A DNA stretch of 64,000 bases from Bdellovibrionales bacterium RIFOXYD12_FULL_39_22 (lineage in GTDB: Bacteria; Bdellovibrionota; Bacteriovoracia; Bacteriovoracales; Bacteriovoracaceae), in NCBI GenBank assembly GCA_001770205.1, contig MEQL01000012.1, positions 1 through 64,000 of the forward strand, read 5' to 3'. A model generated the notes under the pieces. The model was given only the letters and a program-made list of their open reading frames with translations. It was not told the DNA's origin and ran no database searches. The first letter of the stretch is position 1; each line of letters opens with the position of its first letter. Positions 37,526 to 46,835 of this stretch are shown here, piece by piece. The position numbers were made by a program, and so were the translations under genes.

Positions 37526-38518
37526 ATGAATAATACTTCGACCATTTTGTCTGTCGACAACGTACAAAAACAATACCCAGTAAAGGGCGGTTTCTTGCAA
37601 AGAGAAATTGCCACCGTTAAAGCAGTTGATGGGGTTTCCTTCACTCTTAAATACGGCGAGACATTAGGTCTAGTTGGCGAAAGCGGCTGCGGAAAATCAA
37701 CCCTCGGCCGGGCGATCATGTTTTTAGAGCGTCCCTCTGCCGGAACCATTTTATTTGATGGGGTTAATCTTTCAACGCTTTCTGAATCTGATCTTCGAAA
37801 AAAACGAAAAGATATTCAGATAATTTTTCAAGACCCTTTCTCCTCTCTGAACCCCAAAATGACAGTGTTTCAATTGCTGGCAGAACCTATTTTGAATTTT
37901 CATCCCAAAACAAAAAAGGCTGAGTTAGAGAAAGAAGTTCACCAACTAATGAGCGACGTTGGACTACGTCCAGAATATGCCACCCGCTATCCACATGAAT
38001 TTTCCGGTGGACAACGTCAACGAATTAGCATCGGTCGGGCATTGGCATCACGCCCTAAATTAATTGTATGCGATGAACCGGTTAGTGCTTTGGATGTTTC
38101 CATTCAAGCACAGATTTTAAATCTTCTAATGGATTTACAGGAAAAATATAATTTTTCTTATATTTTTATCTCTCATGATCTACATGTAGTTCGTCACACC
38201 AGCAAAAAAATTGCGGTAATGTACTTGGGCCGTTTTGTAGAACTGGCCAATAGCGAAGAAATTTTCACTAACCCGCTGCACCCATATACAAAATCTCTTT
38301 TGTCGGCCATTCCTACTCTGGATCTTGATCACAAAAAAAAGAAAGTTGTTTTACAAGGAGATGTTCCTAGCCCTCTAAATCCTCCCAATGGATGTCACTT
38401 TCATCCTCGCTGCCCTGTGGCCTCTGATCACTGCTCTAAAATTGTACCTGAATTAAAACAATACAAGGACACCAACGGCAATGAGCATTGGGCCGCCTGC
38501 TTAAATATCTCGATATAA
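37526..38518 (+). CDS. oppF: Oligopeptide ABC transporter ATPase (OppF/DppF)
   Basis: GESGCGKS, FSGGQRQR, DEPVSALD and GCHFHPRC motifs. Confidence 0.92.
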   Translation: MNNTSTILSVDNVQKQYPVKGGFLQREIATVKAVDGVSFTLKYGETLGLVGESGCGKSTLGRAIMFLERPSAGTILFDGVNLSTLSESDLRKKRKDIQIIFQDPFSSLNPKMTVFQLLAEPILNFHPKTKKAELEKEVHQLMSDVGLRPEYATRYPHEFSGGQRQRISIGRALASRPKLIVCDEPVSALDVSIQAQILNLLMDLQEKYNFSYIFISHDLHVVRHTSKKIAVMYLGRFVELANSEEIFTNPLHPYTKSLLSAIPTLDLDHKKKKVVLQGDVPSPLNPPNGCHFHPRCPVASDHCSKIVPELKQYKDTNGNEHWAACLNISI

Positions 38519-38668
38519 AATAAAAAAAACCACACGATGATTACCGCAATTGGTGTTACTAATAACATTGCGGGGGGTTAAACATACCTAAAATTCAAAC
38601 GAACACCTCATAATTAGCAGGTAGTATGATGTTAAGATCGCTCGAACATAATATGTATCAGGAGGTGT

Positions 38669-38698
38669 ACACCATATATTTACAACACCATATATTTA
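38669..38698. repeat. 14-bp perfect direct repeat ACACCATATATTTA x2
   Basis: Copies at 38669-38682 and 38685-38698. Confidence 0.9.
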
Positions 38699-38700
38699 TC

Positions 38701-38727
38701 TAAATAATCTTTCACAAATGTCGATAC
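38701..38727 (+). promoter_or_regulatory. Putative sigma28 (FliA)-type promoter
   Basis: TAAA-N15-GTCGATAC, with the ATG only 6 nt downstream and no SD. Confidence 0.6.
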
Positions 38728-38733
38728 CATCTC

Positions 38734-40509
38734 ATGCCACTACAAGACGACAGTGAAAAATTATTCATTTTAAAAGATGTTATAGATGAAAATAACATTC
38801 TGGCGACCAATCTACATGATGGCGTATCAGATGATTTTATCGCTAAATTTAGTTCTCTAGGCATCATCATCGCATATAAAAAAAATGAAGTAATACTGCG
38901 CGAAGGTGAATTCAATCAAAAGCTCTTCTTTCTCATTTCTGGAGAAGTCAAAATTATCGTTGAAGATGAAGTGGTTGCCTCCATGAATAAACGCGGTGGG
39001 GTAATTGGCGAAATTGGACTTATCACTAAACTTCCTAGTACGGCCACCGTTTTAGCAACGGATGATACAAAGTTATTAGTTTTTGATTACCCAACTCTCA
39101 CCTCTATAAAAAGCGAACAATCTTTAAATTTTTTATATATCCTCTATCAGCTTTTTGCTAAAATTCTTTCACAAAAACTAATCGAGACCAATCACAAGGC
39201 CAAGCAGTTTGAAAGAATAAATAAACAACTAGAAATTGCCAAACAGGAACTAGAAAATACTAACCTAGATTTGGAGACAAAAATTGAAGAACGCACCGAT
39301 GATCTCAAAAAAAAGGCAGAGGAACTTAGTCGCTCACACTATCTTTTAGAAAATCAAAACAGTGCTCTTTTGGCCAGTAATCGAAAGCTAGAAGATTTAT
39401 ACAATAATCGCAAATCAACGCTGGCAAAATTAGAGCAGCTATACAACATCCATCTAAAAAAACTAAAAGAGTCTATCTCTTCTTCTGACTTACAAAACAT
39501 AACGCATGAAGTGAACAATGTAATGGAACAATTGCGCCCCATTTCAGAACTATACCTCTCCGAAAACTCCATGCAGGGGAAAAAACTACTTGCCTTTGAA
39601 AACAGTAAAAAGCAACAAACTGCCATAAAGTTAGCGCTGGGAGGAACCGGAATGGGCCTGACTTTCGTCAATACAAGCGAAGAGGCAATGGCGGCGCTCA
39701 GTGGTAGTAATTTTGATTTTATGCTAATTAGCACTGACAATATGGACTTTGCGCCATACGCCTATGAAAAAGCGCCTCAAATGAAGCAACTACTCATGAC
39801 CGCTGATCCCATTCCTACCTATCTGGAGAGATTAAAAAAGTTTCGCTTTATCAACAATGTTGTTTCTAAAAATGATGACCACAATTTTTCTATTAAAAGT
39901 ACGGCCATCTCTTTAAGTAAAATTTCTGGCCGTGATATTTTTGGACTCGAGCACTACTTATCCTGGGGGGTAGAGGTAAAATCCAAAACAGTAAATCATA
40001 GTAAAATGCGAAAAACACTAATTGCTGAAATGCAACAACATTTTTCGGAACTCGGAGTTCGCACCACCATAGTAGAGCGTTGCCAGTTTGTTGCTGAAGA
40101 ATTGCTAATGAATATTGTCTACGATGCACCAGTAGATGCCAGCGGCAAAGCACTCTACAATCATCTACCACGCACCGTACCTGTGCAACTTCCTCCCAAT
40201 GAGGCGGGAATCTTTCGCTATGCTACTGATGGAGTGCTCGTTGCCGTTTCTACTCAAGATCCCTTTGGGGCCCTCTCAAAAGAGATAATTCTAAACTATC
40301 TAGATTCATGCTATCATGGCATTACTAACTCTTTGGCCACCAATAAGGGAGGTGCTGGCAAAGGGCTATACCAGATTATCGAAGTTGCTGACGTCGTCAT
40401 TTTCAACGTTATTCCCCATCAGAAAACTGAAGTTATTGCCATTTTTAACATTGATATGAAGGCGGCAAAAAAAATAAACACCCCCTCTTTTCATCTCTTC
40501 TACGCATAA
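38734..40509 (+). CDS. cNMP-binding domain + coiled coil + degenerate receiver-like domain + RsbW-like GHKL domain
   Basis: ILREGE, LISGEV, VIGEIG and STATV motifs; LETKIEERT coil; EELLMNIVYDAP, DPFG and GGAGKGL. Confidence 0.8.
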   Translation: MPLQDDSEKLFILKDVIDENNILATNLHDGVSDDFIAKFSSLGIIIAYKKNEVILREGEFNQKLFFLISGEVKIIVEDEVVASMNKRGGVIGEIGLITKLPSTATVLATDDTKLLVFDYPTLTSIKSEQSLNFLYILYQLFAKILSQKLIETNHKAKQFERINKQLEIAKQELENTNLDLETKIEERTDDLKKKAEELSRSHYLLENQNSALLASNRKLEDLYNNRKSTLAKLEQLYNIHLKKLKESISSSDLQNITHEVNNVMEQLRPISELYLSENSMQGKKLLAFENSKKQQTAIKLALGGTGMGLTFVNTSEEAMAALSGSNFDFMLISTDNMDFAPYAYEKAPQMKQLLMTADPIPTYLERLKKFRFINNVVSKNDDHNFSIKSTAISLSKISGRDIFGLEHYLSWGVEVKSKTVNHSKMRKTLIAEMQQHFSELGVRTTIVERCQFVAEELLMNIVYDAPVDASGKALYNHLPRTVPVQLPPNEAGIFRYATDGVLVAVSTQDPFGALSKEIILNYLDSCYHGITNSLATNKGGAGKGLYQIIEVADVVIFNVIPHQKTEVIAIFNIDMKAAKKINTPSFHLFYA

Positions 40510-40550
40510 ATAGATGACGAATTTTGCTGGCCAGGGTATTTTGCCACAAA

Positions 40551-41591
40551 ATGTTTTCAAAAATTGAATACCAGTCTGTCGATATCCCTTTTTTGGCCCC
40601 TATGCAATTGGGCCATAAAATCTATAACACTCGGGCCATAACCTACATCACATTAATTGATCAAAAAGGAAATCGCTACCTCGGAGAAGTGGCACCACTA
40701 CCGGGATTTAATCACGAATCGAAAGAAGAAGCGGCCGCTGAAATTGGCGAATTTTTTTCTGCCCGAATCAAAAATCGGCCAATCCCTCTTGAACAATTTT
40801 CACTCACTACAAAGCTTTGCAATTTTTTTGCAACTTCTTCTTCTTTTTCCACTCTTTCACCTTCGGCCTATTTTGCTTTGGAATCTATTTTTCTGGATTA
40901 CCTATATAAAAATGCCCCTCAAACCTTTTTTCCACTTATAAATGGCCAAGAAGCGATTGTTATCGAAAGTGCTAGACTACTTACCCTGGCAAAGGATCAA
41001 AAAAACCGTGAAGATCTATATGGCCAAACAACCACGGCCAAAATAAAAATTGGCCGCCTTCCATTGGCACAAGAAATTAGTTACATAAATTCACTGCCTC
41101 CGCATATTAAACTACGTCTAGATGGAAATAACCTGCTCTCAGCAAACGACCTTGTTGTTCTGCTCTCTTCTATTGAGTCAACACGGATTGAGTTTTTAGA
41201 AGAACCTCTGGCCAATATGGAAAGAGATTGGGAGAAAATTTATGCTCGCTATCAAGTTCCACTGGCCTGTGAGGCATCACTTCAAAGAGAGATATCACTA
41301 TTTTCTGGGTTTAATTTTTTAATTGTAAAACCAACCGCCATGGGAATATGCGAAGCCGCAAAGCTTATCAATCTCCACCCCTCAAAAAAAATAATCATTA
41401 GCTCGGCATTTGTATCTCCGCATGCCATGCGTTGGCATCTATTTTTGGCCTATCTCCAAAATAAATTGGCCAAGCAGGTACACGGATTAGATACTCTACG
41501 CTATCTCAAATTGAGTAATGCCACAGAAGAAATTTCTTTTTTAGAAGGAAAATTGCGCAGTGAATTTTGTAGAACTAGAAAACCTTTTTAA
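40551..41591 (+). CDS. menC: o-succinylbenzoate synthase
   Basis: GEVAPLPGF, KIKIG, LRLDGN, LEEP, KPT, ISSAF and GLDT motifs; adjacent to menE and menH. Confidence 0.8.
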   Translation: MFSKIEYQSVDIPFLAPMQLGHKIYNTRAITYITLIDQKGNRYLGEVAPLPGFNHESKEEAAAEIGEFFSARIKNRPIPLEQFSLTTKLCNFFATSSSFSTLSPSAYFALESIFLDYLYKNAPQTFFPLINGQEAIVIESARLLTLAKDQKNREDLYGQTTTAKIKIGRLPLAQEISYINSLPPHIKLRLDGNNLLSANDLVVLLSSIESTRIEFLEEPLANMERDWEKIYARYQVPLACEASLQREISLFSGFNFLIVKPTAMGICEAAKLINLHPSKKIIISSAFVSPHAMRWHLFLAYLQNKLAKQVHGLDTLRYLKLSNATEEISFLEGKLRSEFCRTRKPF

Positions 41592-43014
41592 TAAACGACG
41601 TTTTAATCTTCTGAAGCATTGTGGCCAGCATGGGCCGCAACAATTGGCCATTATTTACCGACAAGAAAAAATCACCTATGCAGATTGGCAAAAGGCCGTT
41701 GCAAAATATATCACTTTTTTTTCTCAAAAAGTTATTACCTCCAAAGCAGAAGTTGGCATTTATCTTTCCAACTCTCCGGCCTATCTGTACTCCCTCGTGG
41801 CACTTTGGGAATTAGGAATCACGGCCGTATTATTACCAAAAAAACAAGGCCCTTCTCAAATAGAAGCTCTTAAAAAGGGCCTGGCCATTACCACCATCAT
41901 CGATGAAAAAACGATTGAAGAGATAACCTCTTGTTGGGATGAACTTCTACCCTATGATAAACAAAGTAGGGCCTTGAATTTTTCCGACTTAGCACTCATT
42001 GTACTCTCCTCCGGAACCACTGCCACCCCGAAAAAAATTGAATTAACTTTTGGCAACCTTTGCTATAGTGCTCTGGGAAGCGCCATTTTCTACAATCTAC
42101 ATCCTGCCGATTGCTGGGCCACACCTCTACCTTTTAACCATGTAGGCGGGATTCTAACTCCCCTGCGAACTTTTTTGGCCGGTGCTTCGCTATTAATCAT
42201 CCCACAAAATAACGCTCTTGTGGATTCTATTTGCCTTCACCGCCCAAGTTTCATATCTATGGTTCCCACTCAGCTGCAACAACTAATAAACCACCCCAAC
42301 CGCAGTACTACAGAAACAGCAATAATTGATGCGCTTTTTTCCTGTAAGGCCATACTTATTGGCGGCGACGCTACCCCCATACCGCTAGTCCAAAAAGCAT
42401 TGCAATTAAATCTCCCCATCTCTCTCTCCTATGGAATGAGTGAAACCTCTGCCCAAGTCACGGCCACCTTGCCTGGCCGCGCCAATATCGAACAAGGAGT
42501 TGTTTCCTGCGGAAAAGTACTCCCCTTTCGCAAACTAGAAGTTGATAGCAACAATCGAATCTATATACATGGAGAGACACTGGCCCGTAATAGCAAACGC
42601 AGTCAGGAGGGATATTTTTATAGTGGCGATCTGGGGATGATAAATGCAGACGGTGAACTTTTTGTCTTTGGCAGAGAAGACGATATGTTTATTTCAGGAG
42701 GAGAAAATATCTATCCGCAAGAAATCGAAGATACCATTTTGCAAATAACTAATCAAATAAGTAAGGCGGTAGTCGTTCCTATTGATGATGAACTTTTTGG
42801 CCAGGTAGGAGTATGTCTCATTGAGGCCTGCGACTTCGTTGATCCAAAAAATATAAAAGAGGAGTTGGCCACTCTGCTTCCTAACTACAAAATTCCCAAG
42901 TATTTTTTTATACACAAGCTTTTGGCCAACAGCGATAACAGCGGTGAGTTAAAAATTTCACGCCAAAAACTTAAAATACTGGCACAGCAACTTGTAAAAA
43001 ATAATCTATGCTAG
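41560..43014 (+). CDS. menE: o-succinylbenzoate-CoA ligase
   Basis: SSGTTATPK, HVGG, SMVPTQL, SYGMSET, GDLG and FISGGENIYP motifs. Confidence 0.88.
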   Translation: MNFVELENLFNKRRFNLLKHCGQHGPQQLAIIYRQEKITYADWQKAVAKYITFFSQKVITSKAEVGIYLSNSPAYLYSLVALWELGITAVLLPKKQGPSQIEALKKGLAITTIIDEKTIEEITSCWDELLPYDKQSRALNFSDLALIVLSSGTTATPKKIELTFGNLCYSALGSAIFYNLHPADCWATPLPFNHVGGILTPLRTFLAGASLLIIPQNNALVDSICLHRPSFISMVPTQLQQLINHPNRSTTETAIIDALFSCKAILIGGDATPIPLVQKALQLNLPISLSYGMSETSAQVTATLPGRANIEQGVVSCGKVLPFRKLEVDSNNRIYIHGETLARNSKRSQEGYFYSGDLGMINADGELFVFGREDDMFISGGENIYPQEIEDTILQITNQISKAVVVPIDDELFGQVGVCLIEACDFVDPKNIKEELATLLPNYKIPKYFFIHKLLANSDNSGELKISRQKLKILAQQLVKNNLC

Positions 43015-43790
43015 AAAAAAATAAATCTTTAAATTTTCAAATAGTAGGATCTCCCAAAAAACCGCTTGTAACTTTTCTCCACGGTTTTATGGGAAGTGGC
43101 GAGGATTGGTTACCGGTAGTACGGCCACTAGCGGCTGATTTTTGCGCTCTTTTAATCGATCTTCCTGGCCATGGAAAATCATCTAATATGACAAACTTTA
43201 ATGATCTATTGTCCGCCATAGCAGATATCATTTTGTCGATTACCAACTCCACGAGTATCGTAGGCTACTCACTAGGAGGCCGACTGGCCATGCAACTAGC
43301 GCTGGCGCAACCAAACCTTATCAATCGGTTAATAATTGAATCCAGCAATCCAGGAATTGAAGATAGGGCCGAACAAGAAAAAAGAGAAGAATCTGATTTG
43401 CATCTGTTTGCTCACGTAAACTCCCCTTCCTCTTTTAACTCTTTTTTATCCGCCTGGTATGCTAATCCTATTTTTGGGGCCTTATCTTCAAAAGGACTAA
43501 TTCCCCAGCGTAACTTTTCTATTGCACAAGTTGAGCGTTGGCAAAAATCTCTGGCGATACTTTCTCTGGGCGTAATGCCTTCGCTTTGGACAAAACTAAA
43601 TCAACTCCCTTCCACCGTTTACATCTCTGGAAGCATGGATGAAAAATATAGTGCAATCGGGAAACGACTGGCCACCAACTTTTTGCACATTGAAAATATA
43701 ATTTTTAATGACTGTGGCCACAATTGCCACTTGGAGATGCCAGAAAAATTTATTAATATTTTGCTCAAAGCTTTAGGTCCCACTCCATAA
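43008..43790 (+). CDS. menH: SHCHC synthase (alpha/beta hydrolase)
   Basis: FLHGFMG, DLPGHG, GYSLGGR, DEKY and GHNCH motifs; men operon context. Confidence 0.85.
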   Translation: MLEKNKSLNFQIVGSPKKPLVTFLHGFMGSGEDWLPVVRPLAADFCALLIDLPGHGKSSNMTNFNDLLSAIADIILSITNSTSIVGYSLGGRLAMQLALAQPNLINRLIIESSNPGIEDRAEQEKREESDLHLFAHVNSPSSFNSFLSAWYANPIFGALSSKGLIPQRNFSIAQVERWQKSLAILSLGVMPSLWTKLNQLPSTVYISGSMDEKYSAIGKRLATNFLHIENIIFNDCGHNCHLEMPEKFINILLKALGPTP

Positions 43791-43807
43791 CTTAAAAGGA
43801 GAACAAT

Positions 43808-44203
43808 ATGGAAAATAAAAATAAAAAAAAGATTGTAAACACAACCAATGCCCCTGCGGCCATTGGGCCTTACTCGCAAGGAATAAAAGTTGGAAATCTC
43901 TACTTTTTCTCTGGCCAACTAGGAATCAACCCACAATCAGGAGAATTAGTTTTAGATTTTGCAGGCCAGTTAAAACAGGTTATGCAAAATATTGATGGCC
44001 TTCTGACATCGGAAAATCTAAAGCGCAACGATATTGTAAAAACTACTATTTTTTTAACCGACTTGGCCAATTTTGCTCAAGTAAATCAGGCCTATGAGAC
44101 TTTTTTTAAGGCACCATACCCTGCTCGCACAACCGTTGAAGTTTCTAAACTCCCAAAAAATGGCCTAGTGGAAATTGAAGTTATTGCCACCTGCGATGAG
44201 TAA
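43808..44203 (+). CDS. ridA: RidA/YjgF enamine-imine deaminase
   Basis: APAAIGPYSQ, SGQ, PAR and VEIE motifs. Confidence 0.93.
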   Translation: MENKNKKKIVNTTNAPAAIGPYSQGIKVGNLYFFSGQLGINPQSGELVLDFAGQLKQVMQNIDGLLTSENLKRNDIVKTTIFLTDLANFAQVNQAYETFFKAPYPARTTVEVSKLPKNGLVEIEVIATCDE

Positions 44204-44945
44204 TATTGCCATTGTCATCCATGGATTAAATGCTTCCCCTTCCTCCATGCAAACACTATCTTGGTTAATGGAGAAACGCTTTAATTGCACTGTTTATCCA
44301 TTAACTCTCTCCTGGCATCACGGCCAACAGGATTGCTACCAAGCAGGCGCTGACTATGCTGCTATTTGGGAAAAAGAGTGCCTAAATTTACTGGCCAATA
44401 TTTCCGAAAAATCAGTGGGCAATTGCTATTTTGTAGGACACTCCCTAGGTTGTCTGGTTTTTCTTAATGCCTATTTAAGAAAATGGCCTCGCTTTTGTAA
44501 ATTAGTAAACAAGATGATTTTTTTTGCGCCGGCCATAGAATTTCGCTGGTACACTAATCTTTTAAAAATTATAGCAAAGCTTCCATATAGCGAAAAAATA
44601 CCGATAAAAACTTTCAATCATCCCCAATATAGAGTTCATTGTTATACCCCGATTATAATGTACAAGGGACTTTTTCGTACTCAGTCACAACTAATGAAAC
44701 AATTGCAAAACATCTCTCATTTAACCACTGATTGCTTAATCTTTATTGACCCTCATGATGAATTAGTTTCCTCCGCCAAATTGGCCAAACTGGCCAATAC
44801 TTTTTTCTCTTCTCACCGTATTGTGAAAATTAAAAAAAGGCGCCTTTTTCATCATCTAATTATAGACCAAAGCCCTCAAGCTCTCTCTGCCGGCCAATGG
44901 GCATTAGTTGAAAAAGAGATTGGCCGCTTCATTAAAAAGTCATAA
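44196..44945 (+). CDS. Alpha/beta hydrolase (esterase/lipase-like)
   Basis: IHGLN, GHSLG, DELV and HH motifs; ATG 44196 overlaps the ridA end. Confidence 0.75.
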   Translation: MSNIAIVIHGLNASPSSMQTLSWLMEKRFNCTVYPLTLSWHHGQQDCYQAGADYAAIWEKECLNLLANISEKSVGNCYFVGHSLGCLVFLNAYLRKWPRFCKLVNKMIFFAPAIEFRWYTNLLKIIAKLPYSEKIPIKTFNHPQYRVHCYTPIIMYKGLFRTQSQLMKQLQNISHLTTDCLIFIDPHDELVSSAKLAKLANTFFSSHRIVKIKKRRLFHHLIIDQSPQALSAGQWALVEKEIGRFIKKS

Positions 44946-45079
44946 GCTCAAAAAAAAAATAAATATTTAAAAAAAAACTTATGAAAATCATCATTTAGGA
45001 CGATAGAGCGGTATCAGTAAGAGTAATTGATTTTTTCTGCGCATAAAAAGCGTAGAAATATAATTAAGGAGTAATAGAT

Positions 45080-45385
45080 ATGACTAAAGCAGACCTAATA
45101 ATTGCTATTGAAAAACAAGGAAATGTCACTCACAAACAGGCCGAGCAGATTATTAATATCTGCTTTGGTAGCATGATCAGCTCTCTCTATGAAGATGAGC
45201 GCATTGAAATAAGAGGCTTTGGCTCCTTTGCCAATCGGAACTATAAGGCCTATGAAGGAAGAAATCCCAAAACCGGCAAAATAGTAAAAGTACCTCCCAA
45301 AAAAGTTCCTTTCTTTAAAGTAGGAAAAGAGCTAAAAGAGACAGTGGACGAAGGAAAAAGTAAGTTCACGATTAAAGAGGCATAG
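45080..45385 (+). CDS. ihfB: Integration host factor beta / HU family protein
   Basis: MTKADL, RIEIRGFGSF, GRNPKTG and PFFKVGKEL motifs. Confidence 0.88.
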   Translation: MTKADLIIAIEKQGNVTHKQAEQIINICFGSMISSLYEDERIEIRGFGSFANRNYKAYEGRNPKTGKIVKVPPKKVPFFKVGKELKETVDEGKSKFTIKEA

Positions 45386-45386
45386 T

Positions 45387-46655
45387 CTGAAAGTAGTTGC
45401 GCCGATATTTGTTATTTTTTATTTGTGCACGGTATATGCCACTGAACTAGAAGTGGATAATTTCCAATACGATAATGGCCCAGTAGATCATGCTCGGGCC
45501 GACATCCCAGGAACAATTGCCAACGCTCTATTAAAGTCCTCCGATGGAGACACAATTACGCTTACCGCCAATTCCCCCTACTATCTTTCTAATAAAATAG
45601 TTATAGATAAATTGGGCATCAATTTCCGCGGCAATGCCACCACCCATCCCTTGCAAAAAATAGTACTAAATAGCTCAATAATACGCGACACCGTTATTTT
45701 TATAAAAAAAGGTGGCAGCACGAATCTTAACCAGCTAATTATTTCTAACGTAGTGATCGACGGAAATTTTCAGGCCAACTCAATTATAAAATCCTGCGCA
45801 CCCAATAATAATCCACTGCACCCATGCTACAAACTGTACGGAAAATATATAAAAATTGATAACTCAACTTTGATAAATGCAGGCAACCACATTCTTGTTA
45901 TGACACAAAATCGTAACATTGTTGTCAGTAACTCTATTTTGGGAAATGCTGGTATCGCAGGAACCTCCTGCTCCGTGGCAAATAAAACAATACAGTGTCG
46001 GGAATGCCAAGGGGAAATACGCTCTAATGATCCTTCGTACACTCAAGGTGCTGCCATTCATGTTGTAGGGTCCGCAGGTGTTACTATTTTCAAAAATTAT
46101 ATAAAAAACACTCGAACCGCCGGAATCAATATTACAGACACCTTAAATAGTTGGGTGATAGAAAATAATATCCAATGTGTTGGGCTAAATGGGCCTGGAC
46201 GACTAAATCTGGCCCCTACTGCCGATGGTATCACTGGTTACCACAATGATGCACTTGCTCTAATTCCAGAGCTTTCAAAATACTACAGCAAAGAGAAATT
46301 AGAACGGTGCTATCGCCAACATGATAAGGCCAGTTGTCCAAAGCAAAACTGGTACATTGATAAAAACATAATTTCTAACTCCGGTAATGCAGGTATTCAC
46401 GTCAGTGGACATGCTATATTTATTCGTTACAACCAAATCTCTAACGCTGATAATTCGGGCATTAATTTAGGAGATCAGCGAGAAAAAGAAGGACTAGGCG
46501 CTGAAATCTCCACCGATAGTAAAATTATCAACAACACTTTTTCCTGCCCAGGACAATATCATCGGTGGGCAAAATCCATTGATCTTAACCACTATGATTC
46601 TAAATCAGTGGTTGTCTCCCCTAATAGCACTAGCACGGCCACCCCTTGTAATTAA
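45387..46655 (+). CDS. Exported right-handed beta-helix (pectin-lyase-like fold) protein (start CTG 45387 or TTG 45423)
   Basis: GDTITL and IDGN motifs, repeated IxxNxIxNxxxxGI coils, many Cys. A full signal peptide forms from CTG 45387. Confidence 0.75.
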   Translation: MKVVAPIFVIFYLCTVYATELEVDNFQYDNGPVDHARADIPGTIANALLKSSDGDTITLTANSPYYLSNKIVIDKLGINFRGNATTHPLQKIVLNSSIIRDTVIFIKKGGSTNLNQLIISNVVIDGNFQANSIIKSCAPNNNPLHPCYKLYGKYIKIDNSTLINAGNHILVMTQNRNIVVSNSILGNAGIAGTSCSVANKTIQCRECQGEIRSNDPSYTQGAAIHVVGSAGVTIFKNYIKNTRTAGINITDTLNSWVIENNIQCVGLNGPGRLNLAPTADGITGYHNDALALIPELSKYYSKEKLERCYRQHDKASCPKQNWYIDKNIISNSGNAGIHVSGHAIFIRYNQISNADNSGINLGDQREKEGLGAEISTDSKIINNTFSCPGQYHRWAKSIDLNHYDSKSVVVSPNSTSTATPCN

Positions 46656-46748
46656 AAAATGCCCATATTCTGAGTATTATCCACTATAACGACACCATCT
46701 CCTCTGTTATTTAACCCCTCAAAATCAGGAGCAACGCTAGAAGCTATT

Positions 46749-46815
46749 TAAAAACCACAAAGCAATCATCCGACATCTAGCTATAATTAAACATATCGAG
46801 CAAATTGTCCGACAA
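46749..46815 (+). promoter_or_regulatory. Tandem sigma28-like motifs TAAA-N16-TCCGACA
   Basis: Copies at 46749-46776 and 46788-46815, upstream of ATG 46836. Confidence 0.45.
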
Positions 46816-46835
46816 GATAAGGCGAGGGTATCTAT

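Noticed and set aside
44980..45006. Sigma28-like -10 box GACGATAG upstream of ihfB
   Set aside because: There is no TAAA-like -35 at the correct spacing.
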